Positions 28,603 to 38,333 of a stretch of 64,000 nt of DNA are shown one piece after another. Source of the DNA: an uncultured Candidatus Saccharibacteria bacterium. GTDB taxonomy: Bacteria; Patescibacteriota; Minisyncoccia; Portnoybacterales; UBA2143. The notes under the pieces were generated by a model that was given only the letters and a program-made list of their open reading frames with translations, had not been told where the DNA came from and did no database searches. The translations under genes were made by a program, and so were the position numbers. How positions within the stretch are numbered: the stretch's first letter is position 1; every line of letters starts with the position of its first letter. Where the stretch lies: NCBI GenBank assembly GCA_964548405.1, contig CAZJPW010000001.1, forward strand, positions 4,054-68,053. The letters are read 5' to 3'.

Positions 28603-29265
28603 ATGTCTCAACAATCTAAAATTATTATCCTTTTCGGCCGATCTGGCTGTGGCAAAGGGACTCAGGCTAAGCTTTTAATTAAAGAGTTTGGTTTTGAGTA
28701 TTTAGGCAGCGGTAAGTTTTTAAGACAAAGGGTCGGGAAGAGTGATTTTACTGGTAAAAAGTTAAAAAAAGTCATAGAAAGCGGAGTTTTAGTTCCAACA
28801 CCAATTATGTTTAGAATTTGGGCGGAAGAAATGGAAAAGATGAAGGAAAAAGTAGATCAGAAGGGGATTATTATCGATGGTAGTCCTAGATGTCTTTTAG
28901 AAGCAGAATTAATGGATCACGTTTTTAAATGGTATGGGTGGGATAATATCAAGGTGATTTTGCTTGATATTTCAGAACAAGAAGCTTTTGATCGTTTGAC
29001 TAAGCGAAGAATCTGTAAGGAATGTGGTAAATTAATTCCCTGGGTGGGAGATTATAGGAATATCAAAGTGTGTGATGATTGTAGTGGAGAATTGATTACT
29101 CGGTCTGATGATAAGCCAGAAGCGATCAGGGCTCGTTTGGAATATTTTAAGAAGGATGTTCAGCCAGCTGTAGAGTATTACAAAAAACAAGGAAGATTAA
29201 TTAAAGTTGACGGCGATAAGTCAATTGAAGACGTATATCATGATGTTAAAAAAGCAATCAATTGA
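28603..29265 (+). CDS. adk: Adenylate kinase (zinc-binding lid)
   Basis: P-loop GRSGCGKGTQ and a lid with CKECGK...CDDC. Confidence 0.9.
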   Translation: MSQQSKIIILFGRSGCGKGTQAKLLIKEFGFEYLGSGKFLRQRVGKSDFTGKKLKKVIESGVLVPTPIMFRIWAEEMEKMKEKVDQKGIIIDGSPRCLLEAELMDHVFKWYGWDNIKVILLDISEQEAFDRLTKRRICKECGKLIPWVGDYRNIKVCDDCSGELITRSDDKPEAIRARLEYFKKDVQPAVEYYKKQGRLIKVDGDKSIEDVYHDVKKAIN

Positions 29266-29977
29266 AATAATGGCTCAAGGCGGTCAGATACTGGCTAAAG
29301 TTATTAGAGAGTTGAAAGACAAAGTTGAGCCAAGTATGACTACTAAAGAGTTAGATAAGCTTGCCCACAAGCTTATTTTAAATTATGGCGCTCAACCTGC
29401 TTTTAAGAATTACCGGGGCTTTCCTAATGCTTTGTGTACTTCAATTAATGAGCAGATAGTTCATGCGGTGCCTTCTGAAAGGGTTTTAAAGGAAGGCGAT
29501 ATTTTGAGTTTAGATCTAGGTGTTGTTTATCAGGGATTTAATACTGATATGGCTGTGACTCTGCCTATTGGTTCAGTTGACCCGGAAATCAACAGATTGA
29601 TTAGGGTAACAAAAAAATCCCTTAAAAGGGCTATTGCTAGGACTAAGCCTGGTAAAACAATTGGTGATATTGGCCATGCTATTCAGAAACATATTGAAGA
29701 TCAGGGTTTTCAGGTAGTCAGAGGGTTATGCGGACACGGTATTGGCAAGAAACTTCATCAAAAGCCGGATATTCCAAATTTTGGACAGCGTCACAAGGGT
29801 GAATTGTTAAAGCCAGGTATGGTTTTGGCTATTGAACCAATGGCTGTTATCGGTAATCCGGGAATAAAAAAAGGCCCTGATGGCTTTTGTTATCAAACAG
29901 CTGATAATAGTTGGTCAGCCCATTTTGAGCATACTGTTGCCGTAACTGAAAAAGGCCCTTGGGTGTTAACGGAATAG
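29240..29977 (+). CDS. map: Methionine aminopeptidase type I (the track ORF begins at 29207 inside adk; the start is more likely ATG 29240/29243, or 29270)
   Basis: MAP metal ligands D..D..H..E..E and the EHTVAVTE motif. Confidence 0.85.
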   Translation: MMLKKQSIEIMAQGGQILAKVIRELKDKVEPSMTTKELDKLAHKLILNYGAQPAFKNYRGFPNALCTSINEQIVHAVPSERVLKEGDILSLDLGVVYQGFNTDMAVTLPIGSVDPEINRLIRVTKKSLKRAIARTKPGKTIGDIGHAIQKHIEDQGFQVVRGLCGHGIGKKLHQKPDIPNFGQRHKGELLKPGMVLAIEPMAVIGNPGIKKGPDGFCYQTADNSWSAHFEHTVAVTEKGPWVLTE

Positions 29978-31720
29978 CTATTTCTTCTCTTTAATCTCTT
30001 TTTTAATCTGTTCGATGAATTTATTAATTTTAATAGGGCCAAGATCGCCCTTTTTTCTGTCTCGAACAGCAACTGTTTTTGCCTTTTGTTCTTTTTGACC
30101 AACGATTAAAAGATAAGGGATCTTTTGAAGTTCACCTTCACGGATTCTCTTACCTAGAGTTTCGCTTTCATTCTTTATTTCAGCTCTAATTCCCTGTTCT
30201 TGAAGCTGTTTTTTAATATCTTTCCCGTATTTATTAAACTTATTACCCACAGGAATAATCTGGGCTTGAACTGGAGCTAGCCAAACAGGAAAAGCCCCAG
30301 CATAATGTTCTATAAGGATACCTATAAATCTCTCAAACGATCCCATTACAGTTCTGTGTATCATAATAGGAGTTTTTTCTTTACCGTCTTTATCAGTATA
30401 TTTACAATTGAATTTTAATGGCATTTGAAAGTCTAGTTGGATAGTAGCGCATTGCCAAGTTCTGCCTATAGCATCTTCTAATTGATAGTCAATTTTTGGT
30501 CCATAAAAAGCACCGTCTTTGTCTTTTATTCCATAATTCTTGCCATAAGCTTTTTTAATAATACTTTCCAGTTGTTTTTCTGCTTTATTCCAGAATTTAA
30601 TATCACCCATATAGTCATCTGGTCGGGTTGATAAGTATGCTTTGTATTTTAGTTTGAAAGGTTTATAAATATTATCAACTAACTTGATAACTTTGTTAAT
30701 CTCTTCTTCAATTTGATCTTCTCTTAGAAAGATATGGGCATCATCTTGTTTAAATTGTTGAACTCTGAATAGTCCTCCTAATTCGCCTGATTGTTCTTTT
30801 CTGGTAATTAATCCAGGTTCAGCATATCTTAATGGTAAATCGCGATATGATTTAGGTGAATCGTTATAAATAATGATGGCTCCAGGACAATCCATTGGTC
30901 TTAGGGCGAATTTTTGTTCCTCGCCTCGGCCGCCTACAAAATACATGTCATCTTTAAAATGATCCCAATGACCTGATTTTTTCCAAGTAGATGCATCTAG
31001 CATCGAAGGAGCCAGAACAAAATCATATTCAAATTCTTTTTGGGCATCTTCCCAGAATTTTTCTAGTTCTTTGTAAATGATTGTGCCTTTAGGGTGAAAA
31101 AATGGTATTCCTTGGGCTTCTTTATGCATGGAAAACAGATCTAATGTTTTTCCTAATTTGCGATGGTCTCTTTTTTCGGCTTCTTTAACCATATCTAAAT
31201 ACTTGTCTAATTCCTTCTTGTTATTAAAAGCCACTCCATAGATTCTTTGGAGCATTTTATTTTTTTCGTCACCTTTCCAATAGGCGCCAGCTACCTTAGT
31301 CAGTTTAAAGGCATTGGGATCAATTTCTTTGGTTGATTTAACATGGGGGCCTTTGCATAAGTTTTCAAACCAGTCAGATTTGTAAAAGCTTACTTTCTTT
31401 TCGCCTGCTTTTTTTAAATCTCTTATCATTTCTGTTTTATAAGGATCTTTCTTATACAATTTCAAAGCTTTATCAAAACTTAGATCATGTTGTTCAAACT
31501 TAATGTTCTGCTGAATCAGTTTTTTGATTTGTTTTTCTATTTTAGGTAATTGTTCTAATGAAATAGATTCAGGTAGGTCATAATCTTGGTAAAAACCATT
31601 TTCTATGGATGGTCCAACGCCTAAACCAGCATCAGGATACATTTTGACAATAACCATGCTCATTAGATGCGACAAAGAGTGACGTATTTTCTCTAGTTGT
31701 AATTCTTCTTTTTTAGACAT
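29978..31720 (-). CDS. thrS: Threonine--tRNA ligase (lacks the long N-terminal TGS extension)
   Basis: Class II core motifs and a C-terminal anticodon-binding domain. Its stop codon directly abuts the map stop. Confidence 0.9.
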   Translation of the reverse strand: MSKKEELQLEKIRHSLSHLMSMVIVKMYPDAGLGVGPSIENGFYQDYDLPESISLEQLPKIEKQIKKLIQQNIKFEQHDLSFDKALKLYKKDPYKTEMIRDLKKAGEKKVSFYKSDWFENLCKGPHVKSTKEIDPNAFKLTKVAGAYWKGDEKNKMLQRIYGVAFNNKKELDKYLDMVKEAEKRDHRKLGKTLDLFSMHKEAQGIPFFHPKGTIIYKELEKFWEDAQKEFEYDFVLAPSMLDASTWKKSGHWDHFKDDMYFVGGRGEEQKFALRPMDCPGAIIIYNDSPKSYRDLPLRYAEPGLITRKEQSGELGGLFRVQQFKQDDAHIFLREDQIEEEINKVIKLVDNIYKPFKLKYKAYLSTRPDDYMGDIKFWNKAEKQLESIIKKAYGKNYGIKDKDGAFYGPKIDYQLEDAIGRTWQCATIQLDFQMPLKFNCKYTDKDGKEKTPIMIHRTVMGSFERFIGILIEHYAGAFPVWLAPVQAQIIPVGNKFNKYGKDIKKQLQEQGIRAEIKNESETLGKRIREGELQKIPYLLIVGQKEQKAKTVAVRDRKKGDLGPIKINKFIEQIKKEIKEKK

Positions 31721-31722
31721 AT

Positions 31723-34700
31723 TTATTCTAATACCTTAACATTATCACACAGGATTTTCAAGTTTCCATCGCGATCGCTTAGTCGTCCGCTGACCAGGAC
31801 AATTTTTTCTTCCTGCCAGGCAAAGGCAGTTTGCTCCAGGGTAGCGGGGAAGACTAAAGCTTCTATCCGGCCAGTCATGTCTTCTAGTTCAACAAAAAGC
31901 ATCGGTTGTCCAGTCTTGGTATTAACTTTTTGAATCTTATTAATCACCCCTCCGATCTTTATGCGATGTCCTACTTCTTTTTTAGAAAGCGCTTTGCAAG
32001 GATAGGCAGTTCGAGCTAGTTGGTCTTGGTAGTTTTTTAGGGGATGCTCGGAGATATATAGGCCGAGCAGTTCTTTTTCCCAACTAAGTCGCTCTTTTTT
32101 ATCGGCTGGTTCGACCTCGGGTAGTTTTAAAGAGGGAATAGCTACGTTTGTTTGGCCTCCGAATAAGCTGGCTTGACCATTTTGTTTGGCTTTTTGTATT
32201 TCCCTGGCCAGGTTAAGCATCTGATCCATGCCGATTAAGAGTTGATTTCTTTCTCCAAAGTCATCCAAAGCGCCACACTTAGCCAGACTTTCTAAAGATT
32301 TTTTATTGAGGTCTTTAGATTCGACTCGCTCAATGAAATCAGCAATTGATTTGTACTGGCCATTACTTTTCCTTTCATCAACGATCGCTTCAACCACGTT
32401 ATGACCCACATTTTTGATAGCCTTAAGTCCAAAATGAATAGTTTTCTCTCCTGCTTTACTGAAGTTTTTGTCGCTTTCATTGACATTAGGTGGCAGGACT
32501 TCAAGATTCATAGTTTTACATTCATCGACCAGGAGAGCAATTCGTTCAATGTCGTTTTGTTCAGAGGTCATTAAAGCAGCCATAAATTCAGTCGGGTAAT
32601 GTGCCTTGAGGTAGGCAGTCTGGTAGCCAATTAAGGCATAGGAAGCGGCATGGGCTCGATTAAATCCGTAAAGAGCAAATGGTTCAATTGTTTTCCATAT
32701 TTTTTTAGCGACTTTTTTCTCAATTCCGTTATTAACCATGCCGTCAATCACTTTTTCTTGTTGCTCGTCAAGTAATTTTTTAATCTTTTTACCAACTGCT
32801 TTACGTAAGACGTCTGCCTCAGAAAGCGTGAACTTGGCTAAATCGCGAGCGATTCTCATAAGTTGTTCTTGGTAAACCATTATGCCATAAGTATTTTCTA
32901 AAATTGGCTTTAAGTCAGGATGAAGATATTTAACTTCTTTTAAACCGTGCTTACGGGCAATGAATTCCGGGATGAATTCTATTGGTCCGGGCCGATAAAG
33001 GGAGACCATAGCGATTAAGTCTTCAAACTCGGTTGGCTTAAGCTGTTTAAGGTATCTTTTAAATCCTTGAGATTCAAACTGGAAGACACCGGTGGTGTTT
33101 CCTTGTTGGAATAGCTCAAAGCTTTTTTTGTCTGTTAAAGGTAGATTAGGTAAATCAATTTCTTTATTAGATAACTCCTTGATAGTGTTGATCGTGTTTT
33201 GGATGACGGTCAGAGTTTTTAATCCTAAGAAATCCATTTTTAATAGTCCCAGGGCTTCGATTGAACGCATTTCGTATTGGGTGACGATTGTTTCATCGCT
33301 CTGGCTTGGATATTGGGTAGGGACAGTCAAATCAAGCGGTTCTTTGGTAATAACTACACCACAAGCATGAGTTGAGACATGGCGAGCTACTCCTTCTAAT
33401 TTCATAGCCATATCGATTAATCTTTTAGTATTATCATCTGATTCGTATGACTGCTTCAGTTCCGGTGATTCATTAATGGCTTTTTCTAGGTTAGAGCCAA
33501 AAGGAACCATTTTAGCTATTTGGTCGCAGAAATTGTATGCATAATCTAGAGCCCTACCTACGTCGCGGATGGCTCCCCGGGCAGCCATAGTTCCAAAGGT
33601 AATGATTTGGGCAACATGGTCATGGCCGTATTTTTTGGAGACATATTCAATTACTTCATCTCTTCGGTCATCAGCAAAGTCTAAGTCAATGTCCGGCATT
33701 GAGATACGTTCTTTATTAATAAAGCGTTCAAAGAGTAAGTCATATTTCAAAGGGTCAATATCTGTTACATTTAAAAGATAAGCAACTATTGATCCGGCAG
33801 CTGATCCGCGGCCTGGACCAACAACAATCCCTTCATTTTTGGCCCAGTTGACAAAATCCTGGACGATCAGGAAATATGAGGCAAAACCAGTTTCTTTAAT
33901 TGCTCCCAGTTCGTGATCAAGTCTTTGTAATACTTCATTCAAAGGTTTTTCGAATTGGCGGTTTTTTAATCCTTGTTGGCAGAGTTCTTTTAAGTATTCA
34001 TCTAGAGTCTTGTTATCAGGCACTTCAAAATGAGGTAAATGGTATGTTTCTAAGTCAAATTGGAAATCGCACTGTTCGGTGATCTTCTGGGTATTAGTGA
34101 TTGCCTCCGGTATCTGTTCGAAATCTTTAATCATTTGTTCAGTTGACCTCAGGGAAAAGTCATCTGCTTTCATGGTTAGTCTTTCTTGGTCTTCAACTCT
34201 TTTATCTGTTTGGATGCTCATTAAGACGTCTTGGGCTTCGTTATCCTCTGATTTGACATAGTGGGCATCATTAGTGGCCACTAAAGGAATATTGTGTTTT
34301 TTGGCAATTTCAATAATTTCCTTATTAGCCTGATCTTGTCCGGTTAAGTTGGGATGATGTTGAATTTCTAGATAAAAGTTGCCCGGACCGAAGATTTTCT
34401 GATATTCCAAGGCCAGTTTTTCTGCTTGGTCGGGTTTTCCCTTAAGAATAGCTTGGGGAATTTCGCCCGCCAAACAAGCAGATAGGCCAATTAGGCCAGC
34501 GCTGTGTTTTTTAAGTAGTTTTTTGTCAATTCGGGGTTTGTAATAGAATCCTTCTAAATAGGCTTTAGTGGTTAATTTTATTAAATTCTTGTAACCCTCT
34601 TCATTTTTAACTAAAAGCACTAAGTGAAAACGCTTATTATCAATATTGGGCCTTTTTTGATGCATACTATTTGGTGTAACGTATGCTTCAGAGCCTAAAA

Positions 34701-34884
34701 TTGGCTTCATACCTCTTTTTTTAGCTTCTCGATAGAATTCAACCAGGCCGTACATGGAGCCGTGATCAGTTAAAGCGATTGAAGGCATTTTCAATTCTTG
34801 GCAAGCATCCAAAATCTGGCCAATTTTAGCCAGACCGTCTAAGAGGGAATAATGAGAGTGAACATGTAAGTGAGTAAACTTCAT
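31723..34884 (-). CDS. dnaE: DNA polymerase III alpha subunit
   Basis: N-terminal PHP (HLHVHSHYSLLDG), palm and fingers motifs, and an OB fold. Confidence 0.95.
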   Translation of the reverse strand: MKFTHLHVHSHYSLLDGLAKIGQILDACQELKMPSIALTDHGSMYGLVEFYREAKKRGMKPILGSEAYVTPNSMHQKRPNIDNKRFHLVLLVKNEEGYKNLIKLTTKAYLEGFYYKPRIDKKLLKKHSAGLIGLSACLAGEIPQAILKGKPDQAEKLALEYQKIFGPGNFYLEIQHHPNLTGQDQANKEIIEIAKKHNIPLVATNDAHYVKSEDNEAQDVLMSIQTDKRVEDQERLTMKADDFSLRSTEQMIKDFEQIPEAITNTQKITEQCDFQFDLETYHLPHFEVPDNKTLDEYLKELCQQGLKNRQFEKPLNEVLQRLDHELGAIKETGFASYFLIVQDFVNWAKNEGIVVGPGRGSAAGSIVAYLLNVTDIDPLKYDLLFERFINKERISMPDIDLDFADDRRDEVIEYVSKKYGHDHVAQIITFGTMAARGAIRDVGRALDYAYNFCDQIAKMVPFGSNLEKAINESPELKQSYESDDNTKRLIDMAMKLEGVARHVSTHACGVVITKEPLDLTVPTQYPSQSDETIVTQYEMRSIEALGLLKMDFLGLKTLTVIQNTINTIKELSNKEIDLPNLPLTDKKSFELFQQGNTTGVFQFESQGFKRYLKQLKPTEFEDLIAMVSLYRPGPIEFIPEFIARKHGLKEVKYLHPDLKPILENTYGIMVYQEQLMRIARDLAKFTLSEADVLRKAVGKKIKKLLDEQQEKVIDGMVNNGIEKKVAKKIWKTIEPFALYGFNRAHAASYALIGYQTAYLKAHYPTEFMAALMTSEQNDIERIALLVDECKTMNLEVLPPNVNESDKNFSKAGEKTIHFGLKAIKNVGHNVVEAIVDERKSNGQYKSIADFIERVESKDLNKKSLESLAKCGALDDFGERNQLLIGMDQMLNLAREIQKAKQNGQASLFGGQTNVAIPSLKLPEVEPADKKERLSWEKELLGLYISEHPLKNYQDQLARTAYPCKALSKKEVGHRIKIGGVINKIQKVNTKTGQPMLFVELEDMTGRIEALVFPATLEQTAFAWQEEKIVLVSGRLSDRDGNLKILCDNVKVLE

Positions 34885-34920
34885 GAGCGTATTATATCAC
34901 TTTATAAAATGGAGTAAACC

Positions 34921-34977
34921 TTGACAGAATGTGTGGGTATGGTATTAATATTCTATCTATGTCGTATGAGACATAGA
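34921..34977 (+). promoter_or_regulatory. Promoter plus an 8-bp inverted repeat at the predicted start site of the 143-aa gene
   Basis: -35 TTGACA at 34921-34926, a 16-nt spacer, -10 TATTAA at 34943-34948, then TCTATGTC-gtatga-GACATAGA at 34956-34977. Confidence 0.5.
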
Positions 34978-35011
34978 AATAAAAGAGGCTAAGCCTCAAG
35001 AGGAGGGAAAC

Positions 35012-35443
35012 ATGTATAAGCCGAAGATAAGTATCGATTTATTTTCTAGTACTGGAGTTATGGGTCGGAGCGGTGAGCCTACTTTAATCCAAATAGGTCA
35101 AGTGTTCCAAGGTTGTCTTTTAGCCTTTGAACAGCTCGGTCAAGTGGTGAGAATATTGGAGGTGATTAGGGTGACGTTCAAGTATCCCTCACGAGATTCC
35201 AATCTACATGCTTATTTAAAGGTGGTTTTAGCTGAACCGGGTAATCGAGATAGAAAGTTTGAAATGTCTCCTTTAGATGAAATATCGGTTGGTGATTACC
35301 CTGATGCTTTTTTTGTTCCTAAACAAATCGCTCATAATCTCATATTTTGGATAAAGAAAACGATTGGATACAAAATTACGAGCAAACAAAATAATTTGGA
35401 GGAAATGAAAAAGATACTATCATCTGTTTCTATTAAAGAATAA
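35012..35443 (+). CDS. Hypothetical protein (143 aa) with no recognisable motif
   Basis: Strong RBS AGGAGGGAAAC before the ATG. GC content somewhat above the local background. Confidence 0.5.
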   Translation: MYKPKISIDLFSSTGVMGRSGEPTLIQIGQVFQGCLLAFEQLGQVVRILEVIRVTFKYPSRDSNLHAYLKVVLAEPGNRDRKFEMSPLDEISVGDYPDAFFVPKQIAHNLIFWIKKTIGYKITSKQNNLEEMKKILSSVSIKE

Positions 35444-35454
35444 CGAATCAACAG

Positions 35455-35489
35455 GATGCCGGGGCGGCAATATCGTCTCGGTATCTTTT
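35455..35489 (+). terminator. Hairpin plus T4 after the 143-aa gene
   Basis: GATGCCG...CGGTATC (7 bp with one G-U pair) followed by TTTT. Confidence 0.4.
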
Positions 35490-35526
35490 AATTTTACCTT
35501 GAAAAATATTCTTTTGCTGTTATACT
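35489..35526 (+). promoter_or_regulatory. Promoter copy 1 of a duplicated element (TTTTAATTTTAcCTTGAAAA ... TATACT)
   Basis: -35 TTGAAA at 35499-35504, 16 nt, -10 TATACT at 35521-35526. The same roughly 20-nt upstream motif recurs at 36309-36348. Confidence 0.5.
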
Positions 35527-35585
35527 AGCGATTAGGTTATATCATAGAACATTAAATTATTAATACATATATATGGAGGTGATTC

Positions 35586-35858
35586 GTGGAAAATATAATA
35601 AAGGAGTTAGTTGATGGATCGGAATTGAGCCACAACGAAATTGTTTTTCTGGCTGGAGCCGCTTCTCATACTTATCTTATGAGCTTGATTAGAGGAAAAA
35701 TTAATACTCCTAGAAGACAAAAGCTTATAAACTTGGGTATGGCTTTGAATCTAAGTATGGAGGAACTTGAAAAATTGTTATTAAGGTATAACTATCGGGA
35801 CATAACAGGAAATCAACGTGATGTCGATGCTTTGATAACTTGGGCTGGGCTAAGATAA
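35586..35858 (+). CDS. XRE-like helix-turn-helix protein (GTG start, RBS GGAGGT)
   Basis: The helix-turn-helix pattern SHNEIVFLAGAASHTYLMSLIRGKINTPRRQKLINLGMALNLSMEELEKLL. Confidence 0.5.
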   Translation: MENIIKELVDGSELSHNEIVFLAGAASHTYLMSLIRGKINTPRRQKLINLGMALNLSMEELEKLLLRYNYRDITGNQRDVDALITWAGLR

Positions 35859-35876
35859 ATCAGCGGATTCCAGGCT

Positions 35877-36266
35877 ATGAAAGAGGGATTGAATTGTGAA
35901 CTTTCAATGATGTCTTTTGATATGGTTCCGGGAAATTGGGTCTTAGTTGGTGATTTGTCAGATATGTATACGCCGATTATTCAAGTTGATCCTTCTAATC
36001 TAGTAGACTCTCTTATTCAAAGCATCCGTAAAGAGAGATTGAAAGTTGTTGAACGGATGTTGAAAGAATATTCGATGACAGAATTACCCAATGATAGTTT
36101 AGTTTTTGGAATCAAGTTTAGCAGGAGAAATAAATTTCTTTTCTTTGTTGGTCGGTCAATTCATAGTTCATCACATGGCGCCTTAAAAGGATTTATAACC
36201 GATAAAGGGAAAATTATTGATCATTTTTTGGCAGAGGCAGAAAGAATTAAGTCTTTAATTTCTTGA
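35877..36266 (+). CDS. Hypothetical protein (129 aa) downstream of the HTH gene
   Basis: No recognisable motif. Co-directional with the HTH gene, 18 nt after it. Confidence 0.45.
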   Translation: MKEGLNCELSMMSFDMVPGNWVLVGDLSDMYTPIIQVDPSNLVDSLIQSIRKERLKVVERMLKEYSMTELPNDSLVFGIKFSRRNKFLFFVGRSIHSSSHGALKGFITDKGKIIDHFLAEAERIKSLIS

Positions 36267-36278
36267 TAAATCTTTCGG

Positions 36279-36310
36279 ACTGCGGGTAACAATGTTGCTC
36301 GCAGTTTTTT
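36279..36310 (+). terminator. Rho-independent terminator (ACTGCG...CGCAGT plus T6)
   Basis: Read directly from the sequence. Confidence 0.6.
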
Positions 36311-36348
36311 AATTTTAGCTTGAAAATGACTAATTTAACCGCTATACT
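36309..36348 (+). promoter_or_regulatory. Promoter copy 2 of the duplicated element, driving ligA, probably leaderless
   Basis: -35 TTGAAA at 36320-36325, 17 nt, -10 TATACT at 36343-36348. The ligA ATG at 36357 is about 8 nt after the -10 and has no SD. Confidence 0.5.
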
Positions 36349-36356
36349 ACATATAT

Positions 36357-38333
36357 ATGGATAAATCAGCTGCCAAGAAACGAATAGCTAAATTAAGTGA
36401 TGTAATTAGATCTCATAATTACAAGTATCATGTTTTGGATAAGCCGGAAATCAATGATGCTGCTTTTGATTCTTTAAAACATGAGCTTTCTAAATTGGAA
36501 GAAGAGTATCCTGATTTGGTTACTTTAGATTCGCCGACTCAAAGAGTTAATGGACAAGCCTTAGATAAGTTTGAAAAAGTAAAGCATAAGAAAAGGATGC
36601 TTTCTTTAGAGGATGTCTTCTATTTCAAAGAACTAGAGTCGTGGCAGGAAAGAATTCAGAAATTGGTTCCTTCAACTAAGCTGGAATATTTTGCAGAATT
36701 AAAAATAGATGGTTTTGCTGTATCTTTAATTTACAAGGATGGAATTTTTGTTAGGGGAGCAACTCGAGGTGATGGAATAATTGGTGAAGATGTCACTCAG
36801 AATTTAAAAACAATTAACTCTATTCCTTTGAAATTAGAAACAAGTAAAAAAGAAGTAGAAATTCGGGGCGAGGTATATATGACTAAATCTACTTTTGAAG
36901 CGATTAATCAGGAGAGAAAAGAGCAGAAGTTATCTCTTTATGCTAATCCTAGAAATACAGCGGCCGGCAGCATTCGTCAGCTTGATCCTAAGATTGCCGC
37001 CTCTCGTAAGCTAGAGTTTTTAGCCTATGATATTGTTACTGATTTAGGGCAAAAAACCCACCAACAAGAGCATCAGATTTTGCGTGATTTAAAATTTAGA
37101 ACCAGCAAGGAACAAGACTGTAGTAATATTAAACAAGTGGCTGAATTCAGAGAAAAGATTAAAAGAATTAGGAAAAGATTGGCCTATCAGATTGATGGTT
37201 TGGTGATTAAGGTTGATAATAATAGGGTTTTTGAAAAGCTAGGCGTGGTTGGTAAAGCGCCTCGGGGTGCTATTGCTTATAAATTCCCGGCTAAAGAATC
37301 AGCTTCAGTAGTTAAAAATATTGTAATTCAGGTGGGCCGGACGGGCGCTTTAACTCCAGTAGCTGTTTTAAAGCCAGTAAACATAGGCGGCACTCTGGTT
37401 ACTCGAGCTACTTTACATAATGCAGATGAAATCAAAAGATTAGATGTCAGAATTGGTGATACAGTTATTATCCAGCGGGCCGGCGATGTTATTCCTGATG
37501 TGGTTAAAGTTGTTAAAGAATTAAGAACAGGCCATGAAAAGAAGTTCATTATGCCCAAGAAATGTCCGGCTTGTGGGGGCGGAGTTATTAGACCCAAAGG
37601 AGAAGTAGTCTATCGTTGCGCTAACAAAGAATGTGGCTTAATCAGGGAAAAGGGAATTATCCATTTTGTTTCTAAAAAAGGCTTTAATATTGATGGATTG
37701 GGTCCTCGAATTATTAATCAATTAATGGATCAAGGATTAATTTCCAACGTGGCTGACCTATTTTCTTTGGATCAGGGTGATTTAGTTCCTTTAGAGCGTT
37801 TTGCAGAAAAATCAGCTCTTAATTTAGTTGAAGCAGTTGAACAAAGCAAAAAGATTTCTTTAGATAGATTTATTTATGCTTTGGGTATCCGTCATGTGGG
37901 CGAGGAAACAGCTATTGCTTTAGCTCAGCATTTCGGCAGCTTAAAAAAGTTAACCAGGGCAAGTCAAGACAGGTTGGCTGGAATTGAAGATGTCGGCCAA
38001 ATAGTTGCCCAAAGCATCATTAAATGGTTTAATAGTAAAAGAAACACGGCTTTGATTGATAGTTTAATTAAAAATGGGGTTGTCATTAAAAAAGTTAAGG
38101 CTTTTGAAAGAAAATTAACTGGTCAGAGTTTTGTTTTGACTGGTGAGTTGGATTCATATACTAGAGAAGAGGCCAAAACCAAGATTAGACAATTGGGCGG
38201 AGAAGTTCCTAATTCAGTTTCTAAACAGACAGACTATCTCATTACTGGAAAGAATCCCGGTTCTAAATATGCCAAAGCTAAAAAATTGGGTCTTAAGATT
38301 ATTAGCGAAAAAGAATTTTTAGAAATCTTATGA
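36357..38333 (+). CDS. ligA: NAD-dependent DNA ligase
   Basis: Adenylation motif ELKIDGFAVSL (KxDG), OB fold, Zn-finger CPACGG..C..C, HhH motifs and a BRCT domain. Confidence 0.95.
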   Translation: MDKSAAKKRIAKLSDVIRSHNYKYHVLDKPEINDAAFDSLKHELSKLEEEYPDLVTLDSPTQRVNGQALDKFEKVKHKKRMLSLEDVFYFKELESWQERIQKLVPSTKLEYFAELKIDGFAVSLIYKDGIFVRGATRGDGIIGEDVTQNLKTINSIPLKLETSKKEVEIRGEVYMTKSTFEAINQERKEQKLSLYANPRNTAAGSIRQLDPKIAASRKLEFLAYDIVTDLGQKTHQQEHQILRDLKFRTSKEQDCSNIKQVAEFREKIKRIRKRLAYQIDGLVIKVDNNRVFEKLGVVGKAPRGAIAYKFPAKESASVVKNIVIQVGRTGALTPVAVLKPVNIGGTLVTRATLHNADEIKRLDVRIGDTVIIQRAGDVIPDVVKVVKELRTGHEKKFIMPKKCPACGGGVIRPKGEVVYRCANKECGLIREKGIIHFVSKKGFNIDGLGPRIINQLMDQGLISNVADLFSLDQGDLVPLERFAEKSALNLVEAVEQSKKISLDRFIYALGIRHVGEETAIALAQHFGSLKKLTRASQDRLAGIEDVGQIVAQSIIKWFNSKRNTALIDSLIKNGVVIKKVKAFERKLTGQSFVLTGELDSYTREEAKTKIRQLGGEVPNSVSKQTDYLITGKNPGSKYAKAKKLGLKIISEKEFLEIL

